A stretch of 64,000 bases of DNA from contig NYXZ01000127.1 in NCBI GenBank assembly GCA_002686595.1, positions 2,702 through 66,701 of the forward strand, given 5' to 3'. The first letter of the stretch is position 1; every line of letters starts with the position of its first letter. Below are positions 17,507-29,724 of this stretch, piece after piece. A model generated the notes under the pieces. The model had not been told where the DNA came from and searched no databases. It worked only from the letters and a program-made list of their open reading frames with translations. This DNA comes from Planctomycetota bacterium (lineage in GTDB: Bacteria > Planctomycetota > UBA1135 > GCA-002686595). Position numbers and translations under genes: made by a program.

Positions 17507-19530
17507 TGTTGTTCCCGTGAGGGAGGTGTTATTGGGTACAGGCTCGCTGGGGCGGCCCCTGATTCTCCAGGTTCGCGCCCCATGAGCAAGACCGAGGTTT
17601 CGCTAACTAGTTCCACATGCAGGTCGGCCCGGGTATCCACGGCCACCTCGGGCAAATCCAGGGAGCTGCGCCAATCGCGGGCAAAGGTCAGGTGAACCGG
17701 CACCGTGCCGCCGGTGGTCGCGGCGCCCCGGGGCAGGTCCGCCAGATCTACAAAGACGCGCAGATGTTCACGGGCAAACTCCCGGATGGCGGAGGTACGT
17801 TGTACATGGGCCGGTGAGCCGGGCTCGGCCTTGGGGAATAAGCCCTGGGCCCAAATGCGAAAACGGGCGATGCGCGACGGCTCGGAAATTGACCAATCGG
17901 AGGGAGTGTGGCGTGTCGAGGCGTCCAAGCAGACCAAGGCGATTTCCTGCTCAAGTTCGCCCACCAGTACTTTGGCGGGGATCAGTTCCAGGGTGACATT
18001 GATGGTCTCGCCGTCCGCGAGGGAGAATCCCTCCGCGGCGAGATCCCGGGCCAAACCCAACCGTTCATGGCGATCGGTGCTGTCGGTGGGATCCAGGGCC
18101 AAAGGCTCCAGCAGGAAGGGCAGCTTCGGGCTGCCGAGCAGGGGGATCAGGTGCGCCGGTCCCACCACATCCACGGAGGTCGGATTGAATGAGGGGCCGG
18201 CGGGATCGATTTCATAACGCGGGTTCAGCTGGCTGCGGTCCAGTTGCACCTGGGCTGGTGTCAGTTCCAGACGCCGGCGGCCGAAGCGGCCCACTTCTAG
18301 CTTGGGGGTGGGGTTGCTCTTCCAACGCGCCCGCAGGCCCACGCCCTCGGACCAATCTCCAGTGCTCCAGCGCACGGTTTCGATGGGCAGCTCGCCGCCG
18401 GCCTGCGCCAAGTCACGGGAAATAGACAGGCGACCGCCGAGGCCAATGCCCAAGTCGTCCAACTGGGCGCGGGTGCCGGTCACGCTGATTTCAAACATGG
18501 CGCCGTCCGCCGGAGACAGCAAATGGTAGTCATCCCCTGGCAACAGGAGCGCCAACTCGCCCAGGTGCGAACGGCCGCCGGGGACCGGTCCGGAAGCCGT
18601 CACTCGCAGGGAGAAGTCCCGCGAGATGCTGATGTCCTGGTGGGACAGGTAGAGCATGGTGCCTGCCAGGGCACAGGCACCTGCCTTGCGGAGCAGGTCG
18701 CGGGTGAACAGCTCCTTCAGGAAGTTCGTCAAGCTGAATGAGCGTTGTTCGGCGGCGCCAGTTTCGGAGTGCGCTTGACCGTCCTCCAGGGTAGCACGCA
18801 GGCGCTCCTCGAACTGCTGCGGCGGGATGTCGCGGGCCATCTGGCCGCGGCAGGCAATGGAGATGCCGCCGGTTTCCTCGGAGACGGTGACCGTGATGGC
18901 ATCCGTTTCCTCGGTCAAACCCAAGGCCGCCCGGTGGCGCGTGCCCGTGGACTTGGCGATTTCTATGTTCTCCGTCAGGGGGAAGAGACAGGTGGCGGCG
19001 GCCACGCGACCGTTGCGCAGCACCACGGCACCGTCGTGCAAAGCGCTGCCCGGGTGGAAAACGCTCTCGAGGATCAAGCGACCCACTTCGCTGTCCACGC
19101 GCACGGCGTTCTCCATGTAGGCCTCCAGGGAGAGTTCGCGTTCGAAGGCGATCAAGGCGCCCCGCTGGCGACTGGCCATGGACAGCACGGCCTGGACTAC
19201 CTCTGCCACGGGATCGGAGCGCTTGGTTGGCACCAGTCGTCCGAGGAGCGGATGGTCGCCCAGTTGTGTGATGCCGCGGCGCAGTTCGGGCTGAAAGAGG
19301 ATGGCCAGAATGACAACCAAGTAGCCCGAGACGCTCTGCAGGATGTGATCCAGTTCCTCGAGAACCAGTAACTTGGCCAGGCCCCAGAGTCCGAACACCA
19401 GCAACAGAACCGCCACGGCCAGGCCACGCAGCACGCCACCGCCGCGGGTGGTGCGCAAAAAACGCAAGACCAGGTAGATCCCGGTGGCGAGGATCAGGCC
19501 CTGGAGAGCCCAGGCGACTTCTTGGTTCAC
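17503..19530 (-). CDS. cdaA: Diadenylate cyclase CdaA fused to a TM + YbbR/CdaR-like C-terminal region
   Basis: Three N-terminal TM helices precede DAC-domain motifs ALHDGAVVL...GTRHRAALGLTEETDAITVTVSEETGGISIA. A further TM (AGACALAGTMLYL) follows, then about 370 beta-rich residues where Firmicutes encode a separate CdaR. The gene overlaps glmM by 4 nt. Confidence 0.85.
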   Translation of the reverse strand: MNQEVAWALQGLILATGIYLVLRFLRTTRGGGVLRGLAVAVLLLVFGLWGLAKLLVLEELDHILQSVSGYLVVILAILFQPELRRGITQLGDHPLLGRLVPTKRSDPVAEVVQAVLSMASRQRGALIAFERELSLEAYMENAVRVDSEVGRLILESVFHPGSALHDGAVVLRNGRVAAATCLFPLTENIEIAKSTGTRHRAALGLTEETDAITVTVSEETGGISIACRGQMARDIPPQQFEERLRATLEDGQAHSETGAAEQRSFSLTNFLKELFTRDLLRKAGACALAGTMLYLSHQDISISRDFSLRVTASGPVPGGRSHLGELALLLPGDDYHLLSPADGAMFEISVTGTRAQLDDLGIGLGGRLSISRDLAQAGGELPIETVRWSTGDWSEGVGLRARWKSNPTPKLEVGRFGRRRLELTPAQVQLDRSQLNPRYEIDPAGPSFNPTSVDVVGPAHLIPLLGSPKLPFLLEPLALDPTDSTDRHERLGLARDLAAEGFSLADGETINVTLELIPAKVLVGELEQEIALVCLDASTRHTPSDWSISEPSRIARFRIWAQGLFPKAEPGSPAHVQRTSAIREFAREHLRVFVDLADLPRGAATTGGTVPVHLTFARDWRSSLDLPEVAVDTRADLHVELVSETSVLLMGREPGESGAAPASLYPITPPSREQQ

Positions 19531-20378
19531 GGTGTGCTGAGGGGGGTGAGGGCGTGGGCGAGGGCGCAGGCTTCCTTCATGATGGCCACATCGTGGACTC
19601 GCAGGATACTGGCACCGCCCAGGACGCAGGCAGCGACGGCGGCTGCGGTGCCGCCCAGGCGTTCGCTGGGCGGATTGTCCGGAGCGCCGGGCATGCGACG
19701 GCAGGCCTGGCTGATGAAGGATTTGCGCGAAACGCCAAGGAGCAGGGGTTGCCCCAGGGTGGCGAGTTCCGGGAGTCGGCGCAGAATCTCAAGGTTGTGA
19801 TCCAGCTCCTTGCCGAAACCGATACCGGGGTCGAGGATGATCTTAGAGCGCGCCATGCCCGCCTGCAAACAGGCCTGCAGGCGAGCCTTCAAGGCGGCGC
19901 GGATCTCGCTCACGGCATCCGTGTAGCGCGGCGAATCCTGCATGGTAGCGGGCTCTCCGCGGCAGTGCATGGCGACGAAGCTCGCGCCCTTTTGGGCCAC
20001 GGTTTCCAGCATCTGGGGGTCGTGCAGGCCAGCGCTGATGTCGTTGACGATGCTGGCTCCACCGTCCAGGGCCGCGGCGGCCACGCAAGCGTGGCGCGTG
20101 TCTATGCTGATGGGCACCTCGCAAGTGCGGGCGAGCTCAGCGATCACCGGCAGGACGCGGTCCAGTTCCTCGGCTGGTTCAACATCTGACGCTCCGGGCC
20201 GAGTTGATTCGCCGCCGATGTCGAGCATGTCTGCGCCCTCGGCGATCAGCTCCAACCCCCGTTCAATGGCGCTGGAGCTGCCCAGGTACTGTCCGCCGTC
20301 TGAGAAACTGTCCGGTGTGACATTGACTATCCCCATCAAGCGGGGATAGGGGGGCCGCCCCTTTTCAGTGTGCCCCAT
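19527..20378 (-). CDS. folP: Dihydropteroate synthase
   Basis: MGIVNVTPDSFSDGG, DIGGESTRPG and the PGIGFGK pattern are present. Length 283 aa. Confidence 0.9.
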   Translation of the reverse strand: MGHTEKGRPPYPRLMGIVNVTPDSFSDGGQYLGSSSAIERGLELIAEGADMLDIGGESTRPGASDVEPAEELDRVLPVIAELARTCEVPISIDTRHACVAAAALDGGASIVNDISAGLHDPQMLETVAQKGASFVAMHCRGEPATMQDSPRYTDAVSEIRAALKARLQACLQAGMARSKIILDPGIGFGKELDHNLEILRRLPELATLGQPLLLGVSRKSFISQACRRMPGAPDNPPSERLGGTAAAVAACVLGGASILRVHDVAIMKEACALAHALTPLSTP

Positions 20379-20398
20379 GTCCTTGCTTGGGTGCTGTC

Positions 20399-22753
<2,355 letters not shown>

Positions 22754-22978
22754 AATTACTCTATCGACCGCTGGTGCGCGGTCCTCCAGAGGCCGCGTGG
22801 GGGTCCTTGGGAAAGTTTGCTCGGGTGCGCCGAGGGATGCGCTCCGGGAGGGTGCCGGAGGAACCCCAGGGGCCGCTCAATCTACCTGCTCGGCGGCGGG
22901 GCATTCTCGCCGAAGCGCCGAAAAGAAACCACCGCCTGGCGCCAGGGGCGCCAGGGGCGTGGGAGACGGCGCAGGGGA

Positions 22979-23488
22979 CTATTCCGGCCCCGGCGGTGGG
23001 CTGGCGAAAAGCTCCAGGATCAGAGCGTCCGCCAACTGGGCCAGGGCCCGTGCGCGGGCGTCTGATTCTCGCCCCAATCGATCCAGGCGGATGCCGACCC
23101 AGGTGTCCTGACGCACGAGAGGACCCAGGGGGCCTTCCGGGCCCCAGAGGCGGGCCTCCACGGCTATGCGCAGGCCGCTCTCGAGCAGGCTGTTCTCTGG
23201 GTCGCGCACGCCACCCCGGCGCGTTGTCGAGAGGATGCGGCCGCGCACGGTGGCATCGGCCCGCTGGGGCGCCGCCAAAGGAGCGCTCACCAAATCCCCC
23301 AGGGAACGCACGAGCTCCCGGTGCAGGTCTCGTTCCAGATCCGGGAGCTTCCCCTCGTTGCCGAAGAACGCCACGCCCACGGTGCGCGCCGGAGCCGGGG
23401 GCATCAGGCCCCTTGTGTAGCCGCAGGAGGCGGCCATAAGAACCGAGAGGGCGCAGACAGCTCGGCACCCGCGCAGGAGCCCCTTCAC
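22979..23488 (-). CDS. Lipoprotein, LptE-like
   Basis: Lipobox MAASC followed by CGYTRG, then ...VGVAFFGNEGKLPDLERDLHRELV. The ~170-aa size and N-terminal pattern resemble LptE. The similarity is weak. Confidence 0.4.
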   Translation of the reverse strand: MKGLLRGCRAVCALSVLMAASCGYTRGLMPPAPARTVGVAFFGNEGKLPDLERDLHRELVRSLGDLVSAPLAAPQRADATVRGRILSTTRRGGVRDPENSLLESGLRIAVEARLWGPEGPLGPLVRQDTWVGIRLDRLGRESDARARALAQLADALILELFASPPPGPE

Positions 23489-24612
23489 TCTGTTTTGGGG
23501 TCCTTTCCGGGGGCTGAGTCGTCGACCGTGTCCGATGTTTCTCCGAACATTTCCGTGGCCCGGCGAATCAAATCCCCAGCGGAAAGCTCCCGGGCATTAT
23601 CCAGGGCCCGGCGGGCGTGGTACTGGCGGCCGTAGGAGTTGTCGACACGGCGGTAAAAGGAAGCGATGGAAAGATCGCTCTCCACTAGGCGACGCAGGGT
23701 GTCATCCAGATCGTTCAGGGCGCCGGCGGCTGTGTCACCTTCGGGGCCGAAGTCCGCCAGAAAGATCTCCAGGTCATTGCGCGCCCAGATCAACTCCCGT
23801 TGGTCGTACTCGGGGCTGCTGAGGGCGGCCAGGCGCAGGTGTGGGATGCGCGCCTGGCTGGCCTGTGCCAAGTGGCTGTCAGAATGCCACAGGAGCAGGT
23901 CCTCGTGGGCCATGATGGCGTCTGCCCACAACCCGTTTTCCTCGTCCAGGGCGGCCAGGGTTGCGTAGGCCTGATCGCAGCGCGGCTCCGAGGGATAGTA
24001 GATTGTCAGGTAGGAGAGGATCGGTTTGGCGTTGTCGCGTTTGGCGAAGAGCCCGAGGAAGTGACCGTCGTCGCTGGCCAGGGTCAGGCCGGCCTCGGCC
24101 AACACTGCGCCGGCGGCCGCCCGCTCGTGGTGCGTCGGATACTTTTCGTCCAGGCGTTGAATCAGTTTGAAGGCTTGGCGGTGTTCGCCCTCGGCGACCC
24201 GTAGGGCCGCGGCCCGCACGGCGGCTGTCACGGCGATCTGGCGCGGTAGCTCCATGTCCAGGAAGGACGCCAGGCGGTCGGCGTCGGCGTCGTCACCGGA
24301 GAGTTCCGAGATCAACTCATCCGAGGTCTGTTCGAGGAGTACGCGCACCTCATCGCGCAGGGCCGGGTCGAGTCCGCGGGTTTCCCGGGCCACTCGCAGG
24401 CGGTCAAAGGCCAGTTCCGGGCGGCCGGCGGCCAGGTCCGCTTCGGCGGCGGAGACGGCACCTGGGACCTCGTCGACGGTGTAACTGCCGGGCAAGCCCG
24501 TGCCACCAAAGGCGCGGCTGAGGGAGGAGCAGGCCGGCAGCAAGACCAGGGCCAGGCACAGGGCTGGGAGGACGCGGTGGAGATCGGAGAGGCGTTTCAC
24601 GGGGCCTACCAT
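23485..24612 (-). CDS. Lipoprotein with TPR-like helical repeats, BamD-like
   Basis: Lipobox LLPAC on an all-helical protein. The C-terminal ...DLSIASFYRRVDNSYGRQYHARRAL resembles the BamD terminal repeat. The assignment is tentative. Confidence 0.4.
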   Translation of the reverse strand: MVGPVKRLSDLHRVLPALCLALVLLPACSSLSRAFGGTGLPGSYTVDEVPGAVSAAEADLAAGRPELAFDRLRVARETRGLDPALRDEVRVLLEQTSDELISELSGDDADADRLASFLDMELPRQIAVTAAVRAAALRVAEGEHRQAFKLIQRLDEKYPTHHERAAAGAVLAEAGLTLASDDGHFLGLFAKRDNAKPILSYLTIYYPSEPRCDQAYATLAALDEENGLWADAIMAHEDLLLWHSDSHLAQASQARIPHLRLAALSSPEYDQRELIWARNDLEIFLADFGPEGDTAAGALNDLDDTLRRLVESDLSIASFYRRVDNSYGRQYHARRALDNARELSAGDLIRRATEMFGETSDTVDDSAPGKDPKTE

Positions 24613-24705
24613 CGCAGCCGGACCTGCGCGCGGTCAAGGGGCGGGGACAAAGCGCTCGGTACGCGCCTTGTTCCCGGCCGGTTCCCAGGTGGGGCCGCTC
24701 GCTTC

Positions 24706-25569
24706 TCAGAGCCCCGCGCCGTGGGGCCTGGGTTGTCGGGCTGCCCGGGTATTGCGGTTGGGGGCGGCCAGGAAGGACTCGTGACTGCGGGGACGGGTCT
24801 CCAGGTGGAAGTCGATGAAGCGTTCGAGAAAATCGCGCACCCGATCCAGGAGCTCCTCCGTCAGGGGCTGGGACGAGCCGGCGTCGCCGCCGCGATTCGG
24901 CTTGTTATCAGCGGACCTCTCGCGTCCTGCGTCGACTTGGGCCGCCGCCAGCAGCACATCCTCGGGCAGGGTGCCGACCCGGTGGCTAGCGGCGCGGGCC
25001 CCTGCGCCGCAGGGTGCGCACAGGCGACCACCGGCTCCGGCGGAGAAGATCACGCGGGGCGGATCCTCCGGCAGTGCCGGTGCCTGGCCGCCGCAGGCGG
25101 CGCAGTGCAGTAGGGCAGGTGCCAGACCCAGGGCCCGCAGGTATTGGAGTTCGAAGCTGACCCGGGATTCGGTGCAGGAGACCTGGTTGGTTTCCAAACG
25201 CTCCAGGGCCGCTTCCGTCAGGCGAAAAAGCCGGCCCTCATCCTGGCCCGGACGGGCGGCGATATCCGCCAACTCCAGGGCCGCCAAGCCCGTGCGATAG
25301 ACCGGGAGTTTGGCGCAGACCCGCGCACGGCGGCGCCCGATAGTGGCCCGGCGCAGGTTGCCCAGTTCCTGTTGCGGGCCCATGGAGTACTCGATCTCCA
25401 GCGTGTCGAAGAGGTCTAGGGCGGCGAAATAGCGGGCCGTGGGGCGGAAGACGCCGCGGGCCGTGAGGTGGACGCGGCCGTGGCCTGGGGTCAGCACATG
25501 CACGATTAGCGAGGACTCTCCCCAGGGGTAGCGCCGCAGCACTAGGGCCTTGTCGCTGACCAGGGCCAC
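24706..25569 (-). CDS. recO: DNA repair protein RecO
   Basis: ALVLRRYPWGESSLIVHVLTPGHGRVHLTARG forms the OB-fold N-terminus. A Cys4 zinc motif is present: CAACG...CAPCG. Confidence 0.85.
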   Translation of the reverse strand: MALVSDKALVLRRYPWGESSLIVHVLTPGHGRVHLTARGVFRPTARYFAALDLFDTLEIEYSMGPQQELGNLRRATIGRRRARVCAKLPVYRTGLAALELADIAARPGQDEGRLFRLTEAALERLETNQVSCTESRVSFELQYLRALGLAPALLHCAACGGQAPALPEDPPRVIFSAGAGGRLCAPCGAGARAASHRVGTLPEDVLLAAAQVDAGRERSADNKPNRGGDAGSSQPLTEELLDRVRDFLERFIDFHLETRPRSHESFLAAPNRNTRAARQPRPHGAGL

Positions 25570-25575
25570 CCAGAT

Positions 25576-26904
25576 TCAGGCGCTGGCCCGCGCCTCTCCC
25601 GTGCGGATCGCCACCCGCAGTACCCGTCGATCGTTGGCCTCGAGCACGGAATAGGTGACCTTGTCGCGGGTGAAGCTCTCGCCGGGCTTGGGCAGGTGTC
25701 CCAGTTCCGAAAGGACATAGCCCGCCAGGGTTTCGAAGTCCTCTTCCTCGGGTAGCTGAAGGTCCAGGGCTTCGTTGACTTCCGCCACGCGCAGGTTGCC
25801 GATGACCTCCGCCACTCCGTCGCCCAGGATGCGCAGGGGAGCGGGTTCATCCGCGTCGAACTCATCGGAGATCTCACCGAAGACTTCGGCCACCACATCG
25901 CCCAATGTCACCAGGCCCGCGGTGCCGCCGTATTCGTCGAGGACGATGGCCATCTTCACTTTCTCGCGCCTGAAGTCGTCCACCAGATCAGACAGGTGGC
26001 GCGTCTCCGGGGTGAAGAAGGCCGGGTGCAGGATGTCTCGCAGGGTGGTGGAGGCAAAGCCGTCGCGGGCCAAAACCTGGAGGATGTCCCGAGCCTCGAT
26101 GGTGCCGATGATGGAGTCGGGCGAATCCTCGAAGACCGGTATGCGGCTATGGCCAGAGTTGGCCGCCAGGATGACCGCATCGCGCAGGTTGCAATCCACA
26201 TTGACCCCGTGGATTTCCGTGCGCGGCGTCATGATGGCGGCCACATCCACATCGCGGAACTCCATCACATTCTCCAGGAACTCGCGCTCGGTTTCGTCCA
26301 GGTCGCCGGCGTCGGCGTTTTCCTCGATGACCTCGCGCAGGCCCTCGACGATGCGGCGGGCTGAATCGGTGGTGACCGGCAGGCCCAGGGCGCGCAGCAG
26401 GGTGCGGCGCAGGCTCTCCAACAGGGCCACGGGGAGGGCCAGCGGCCATTGGAAGGCGTGAAAGGCGCCCAGGGTGCGCAGCAGCAGGGCGTCGCCGTGG
26501 CGCCGGGCCAGGGCGGCGGGCAGGCCCTCGGCGAAGAGCAAGAGGAGTGGGGCGCCGATGGCCAGGGTCAGGCCGAAGCTGGTCCAGCTGAGCTCTCCAG
26601 CGGCGGAGAGCAGGTCCAGTACCATGGTCAGGAAGGCCAGCTCAAAGGTGAGTTTGAAGAGGCCAGCGGAGGTGGCCAGGGTGTCGGCTCGGGCCAGGAG
26701 CGGGCCCAGACGCCCGCATTGTTCCCCATCCCGCGCCCGATCCAGGATACGGTCCGGGTGGGAGTGGATCAGGGCCCCGCGCAGGGTGGCGAAGGCCCCG
26801 GCTAGAATCAGGGCAGCGAGGGTCCAGAGAACTGCTTCCAGATCACTCTGGACCAGGTTGGCAGGAGGCGCCGGGGCGAGCAGCGCAGGTGGACAGGTGT
26901 TCAA
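25576..26904 (-). CDS. CNNM/DUF21-CBS-CorC_HlyC family transporter (hemolysin-like)
   Basis: An N-terminal four-TM region is followed by a CBS pair (IMTPRTEI..., IPVFEDSPDSIIGTI) and a CorC/HlyC C-terminal domain. Confidence 0.85.
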   Translation of the reverse strand: MNTCPPALLAPAPPANLVQSDLEAVLWTLAALILAGAFATLRGALIHSHPDRILDRARDGEQCGRLGPLLARADTLATSAGLFKLTFELAFLTMVLDLLSAAGELSWTSFGLTLAIGAPLLLLFAEGLPAALARRHGDALLLRTLGAFHAFQWPLALPVALLESLRRTLLRALGLPVTTDSARRIVEGLREVIEENADAGDLDETEREFLENVMEFRDVDVAAIMTPRTEIHGVNVDCNLRDAVILAANSGHSRIPVFEDSPDSIIGTIEARDILQVLARDGFASTTLRDILHPAFFTPETRHLSDLVDDFRREKVKMAIVLDEYGGTAGLVTLGDVVAEVFGEISDEFDADEPAPLRILGDGVAEVIGNLRVAEVNEALDLQLPEEEDFETLAGYVLSELGHLPKPGESFTRDKVTYSVLEANDRRVLRVAIRTGEARASA

Positions 26905-27261
26905 GGTGGTGGTGCTAGGGGGACCGCTTGTGGCGATTGGTTGCCGATGGTCGCCGGCGGGGCCGTGGCCCCAACTACATCCTAGCCTACCTGGGGCCTG
27001 TGAAAAGGGGATAGGCGGTTGGATGTGGAGAGGGCGTTACACAGCTGAAGCAAACGTCCCCCTGTGGGGACCGGGAGCGATGGATCGGTGTACCAGGAGG
27101 AAACCCGGCTGGGAGCCCCCACGTGGCCGCAACGCCCTGCTGAGGCCTGTTCTTGGCCTATGGGAAGGCCCTGTCGACCGGAAACGGCGTCGGTGGGCGG
27201 TCGGCGAGGGGGCGGGTTCGGGTGGCCCGGGCACGGCACGCCCCGTGCGATAGAGTTGGAC

Positions 27262-28059
27262 ATGGACTCCACCACCAGCCCCGCCGAACTCGCCTCAATC
27301 CTCTCAGGTTCCCTGGCCCAGGCCCTGCTCGCCCGGGGAGTGTCCTTGGAAGAGCTGGAGGGCGAAGCGCCGGCGGGTCGGCGCAATCGCTTGGAAACGG
27401 GTCTCATGGCCTTGGTGCGCGACACCGGGGACGAAGCGGCCTTCGAAGCTCTCCATGCCCTCAGCCATCGTCATCTACTGAACTGGGTGCGCAGCCGCAT
27501 TCTCCCCGGGCGGGTTCCCCTGGATGCCCAGGAGATCCTGCAGGATGCCTTCGTCAACATCTTCTGCTACCGCCATAGCTTCCGCGATGAAGGCGGCCGT
27601 GTGTTCGGTGCATGGGCGCGCACGATTGCCGCCAATGCCGTGCGTCGGGCCGCCAAGCAGCCGGCCCGTTTTTCATTCCAGGCACTGCCGGAGGGCCTCC
27701 AGGAGCCCATGGATCGTCGGGCCCTGCCCGATCAAGTGGCTTCGCAACAGGAGGATGTCCTGCACCTGCGGCGGGCCATGGGCCTGTTTTTGCTTCACTA
27801 CCAACGCGCCTTCGGCCTGCTCGGAGAACGGGACCGCGCCATCCTCGAATGGGTGGAGATAGAAGGTCGCTCCTATGTGGATCTCGGGCGGGAGCTCGGC
27901 CTGCGCCCCAACAACATCAAGGTGATCGTATTCCGCGCCCGACTGCGCCTGCGCGCCGAGATGCGCCGGGCCATGGAGGGGGCCCTGCGGGAACGGGCTC
28001 AAGATGCCGGGAGCGGGGCAGTCGCCGAGGTTCTCACGCCCCTCATTGGCGTGGCCTAG
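27262..28059 (+). CDS. ECF-type RNA polymerase sigma factor with N-terminal extension
   Basis: Region 2-like DAQEILQDAFVNIF. Region 4 HTH is RAILEWVEIEGRSYVDLGRELGLRPNNIKVIVFRARLRL. The start is set at the ATG at 27262 and is uncertain. Confidence 0.75.
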   Translation: MDSTTSPAELASILSGSLAQALLARGVSLEELEGEAPAGRRNRLETGLMALVRDTGDEAAFEALHALSHRHLLNWVRSRILPGRVPLDAQEILQDAFVNIFCYRHSFRDEGGRVFGAWARTIAANAVRRAAKQPARFSFQALPEGLQEPMDRRALPDQVASQQEDVLHLRRAMGLFLLHYQRAFGLLGERDRAILEWVEIEGRSYVDLGRELGLRPNNIKVIVFRARLRLRAEMRRAMEGALRERAQDAGSGAVAEVLTPLIGVA

Positions 28060-28114
28060 GAGCTCGGCCGCCCCGGAACTTCATTCGCCCCTCGCTGCGG
28101 AGTAGAGTTCACCG

Positions 28115-29386
28115 GTGGCTTCTGACCAGCGCGAAGTGGATCTCATTATCAGTGGGGCGGCGGAGGTGGCGACTCCCCGGGGAGAGACGGCTCGGGGGGG
28201 CGCGGCCCTCGGAGAACTCGATATCACGGAGGACGGGGCCTTGGCCGTGGACGGGGGCCTGATCGTCGCCGTGGGTCGGGCCAGTGATTTGCGTCGCGCC
28301 TGGCGCGGAAGGCGCGAGTTGGACGCGGGCGGCGGTATCTTGGTGCCCGGTTTCGTGGATGCCCACACACACCCAGTTTTTGCCGGGACGCGGGAAGAGG
28401 AGTTCGAGATGCGCGTGGCGGGAGCCAGCTATCTGGAGATCGCCGGCGCCGGGGGCGGGATCGTCTCCAGCGTGAAAGGCGTGCGTGGAGCCAGTGCCGA
28501 GGAACTCCTGGCGGCCCTGCTCCTGCGCCTGGATCGTTTTCTGGCCCTGGGCACCACAACCATTGAGGCCAAAACCGGCTACGGCCTGTCGCCCAAAGAG
28601 GAGATGAAGTGTCTGGAAGTGATCGCCGCCGCTGACGCCATCCATGCGGTGGACCTGGTGCCGACCTTCCTCGGGGCCCATGACTTTCCCCTCGAATACC
28701 GGGACAGCGATGCCGACCGTCAACGCTATGTGGACCTCTTGGTGGAGGAAATGATCCCGGCCGTGGCCGCCTCCGGCCTGGCGCGCTACTGCGATGTATT
28801 CACCGAAGCCCATGTGTTCAATCTGGATCAAACCCGCCGCATCCTGGGCCGGGCCAGTGAGCTCGGCCTCGGCCTGCGTTTGCATGTGGATCAGCTGACA
28901 CCCCTGGGCGGGGCTGAACTGGCCGCGGAGTTGGGAGCCGCCAGTGCCGATCACCTGGAGTACATCAGTGACCAGGGCATCCAGGCCTTGGGGGAGGCCG
29001 GGGTCGTGCCGGTGTTGTGTCCCCTGGTGCCGCTCTACCTCGGCCAGGACAAGGAGGCTCCCGGGCGCGCCTTGGTCAAGGCCGGTCTGGCGCCGGCCTT
29101 GGCCACGGATTTCAACCCCGGGAGCTGCTACACCCAGAGCATGGGCGAGGTTCTGACCTTCAGCGCTCTGCGCTTTGGCTTCAGCGCCGCCGAGGCCCTG
29201 ACCGCCGCCACCCTGAACGCCGCCTGCTCCCTGGATCTGGGACAGCGCATCGGCAGTTTGGAGCCAGGCAAGGCAGCGGACATCCTGGTCCTCGACCTGC
29301 CCGGCCACCGTCACCTGACCTATGAGTTTGGCCGCAATCCGGTGCGCAGCGTGGTCAAGGCCGGCGCAGTCGTGCTGGGGGGCTGA
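28115..29386 (+). CDS. hutI: Imidazolonepropionase
   Basis: PGFVDAHTHPVFAG, GGGIVSSV and the amidohydrolase metal ligands are present. Length 423 aa. Confidence 0.85.
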   Translation: MASDQREVDLIISGAAEVATPRGETARGGAALGELDITEDGALAVDGGLIVAVGRASDLRRAWRGRRELDAGGGILVPGFVDAHTHPVFAGTREEEFEMRVAGASYLEIAGAGGGIVSSVKGVRGASAEELLAALLLRLDRFLALGTTTIEAKTGYGLSPKEEMKCLEVIAAADAIHAVDLVPTFLGAHDFPLEYRDSDADRQRYVDLLVEEMIPAVAASGLARYCDVFTEAHVFNLDQTRRILGRASELGLGLRLHVDQLTPLGGAELAAELGAASADHLEYISDQGIQALGEAGVVPVLCPLVPLYLGQDKEAPGRALVKAGLAPALATDFNPGSCYTQSMGEVLTFSALRFGFSAAEALTAATLNAACSLDLGQRIGSLEPGKAADILVLDLPGHRHLTYEFGRNPVRSVVKAGAVVLGG

Positions 29387-29477
29387 ACCGGCCACAGGCG
29401 GATGTTTTACGGAGAAGATCCGCGACCTTTGGCCCCGCGCTCCACTCTTAGGGTGGAGGAGGGGGCGGTGGGATCCC

Positions 29478-29527
29478 GGGGGGGCTGAGCCGGGGGCTGA
29501 GCGGGGGGGTGAGCCGGGGGGGTGAAC
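29478..29527 (+). repeat. G-rich degenerate ~12-nt tandem array (G5-7 + CTGAGC/TGAGCC), G-quadruplex-prone
   Basis: It reads GGGGGGG CTGAGCC GGGGG CTGAGC GGGGGGG TGAGCC GGGGGGG TGAAC. Further G-tracts lie just upstream at 29451-29470. It is intergenic between hutI and the HDOD gene. Confidence 0.8.
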
Positions 29528-29724
29528 AGGGATGCCGGGCAGATGGATCAGGGGCTGTGAGGGCACCTAGAACGTGGGCTTGCATAGGGGATTGTCCCCA
29601 CCCCACGCCCCTCGCGTTGGTATTCCCATCCTTGTAATAAGGTTTCAGGGGCGAGACCCGATAAGAGAAACCGCTGCCCTCCCGGTTCCCCAAGGCCGAG
29701 TTGGCTGACGGGCGCGGCCCTCCC

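Noticed and set aside
22761-23468. 235-aa and 221-aa overlapping ORFs on both strands upstream of ftsH
   Set aside because: They are Arg/Pro/Gly-rich and overlap the LptE-like lipoprotein ORF, which has a proper lipobox. No motifs are present.
29478-29527. Possibility that the short tandem G-rich units are a CRISPR array
   Set aside because: The units are about 12 nt with no spacers and there are no cas genes. It is a simple low-complexity tandem repeat.
28109-29566. 485-aa minus-strand ORF
   Set aside because: It is antisense to hutI, whose product carries clear amidohydrolase motifs. The product is Gly/Gln/Ala/Pro-rich low complexity.
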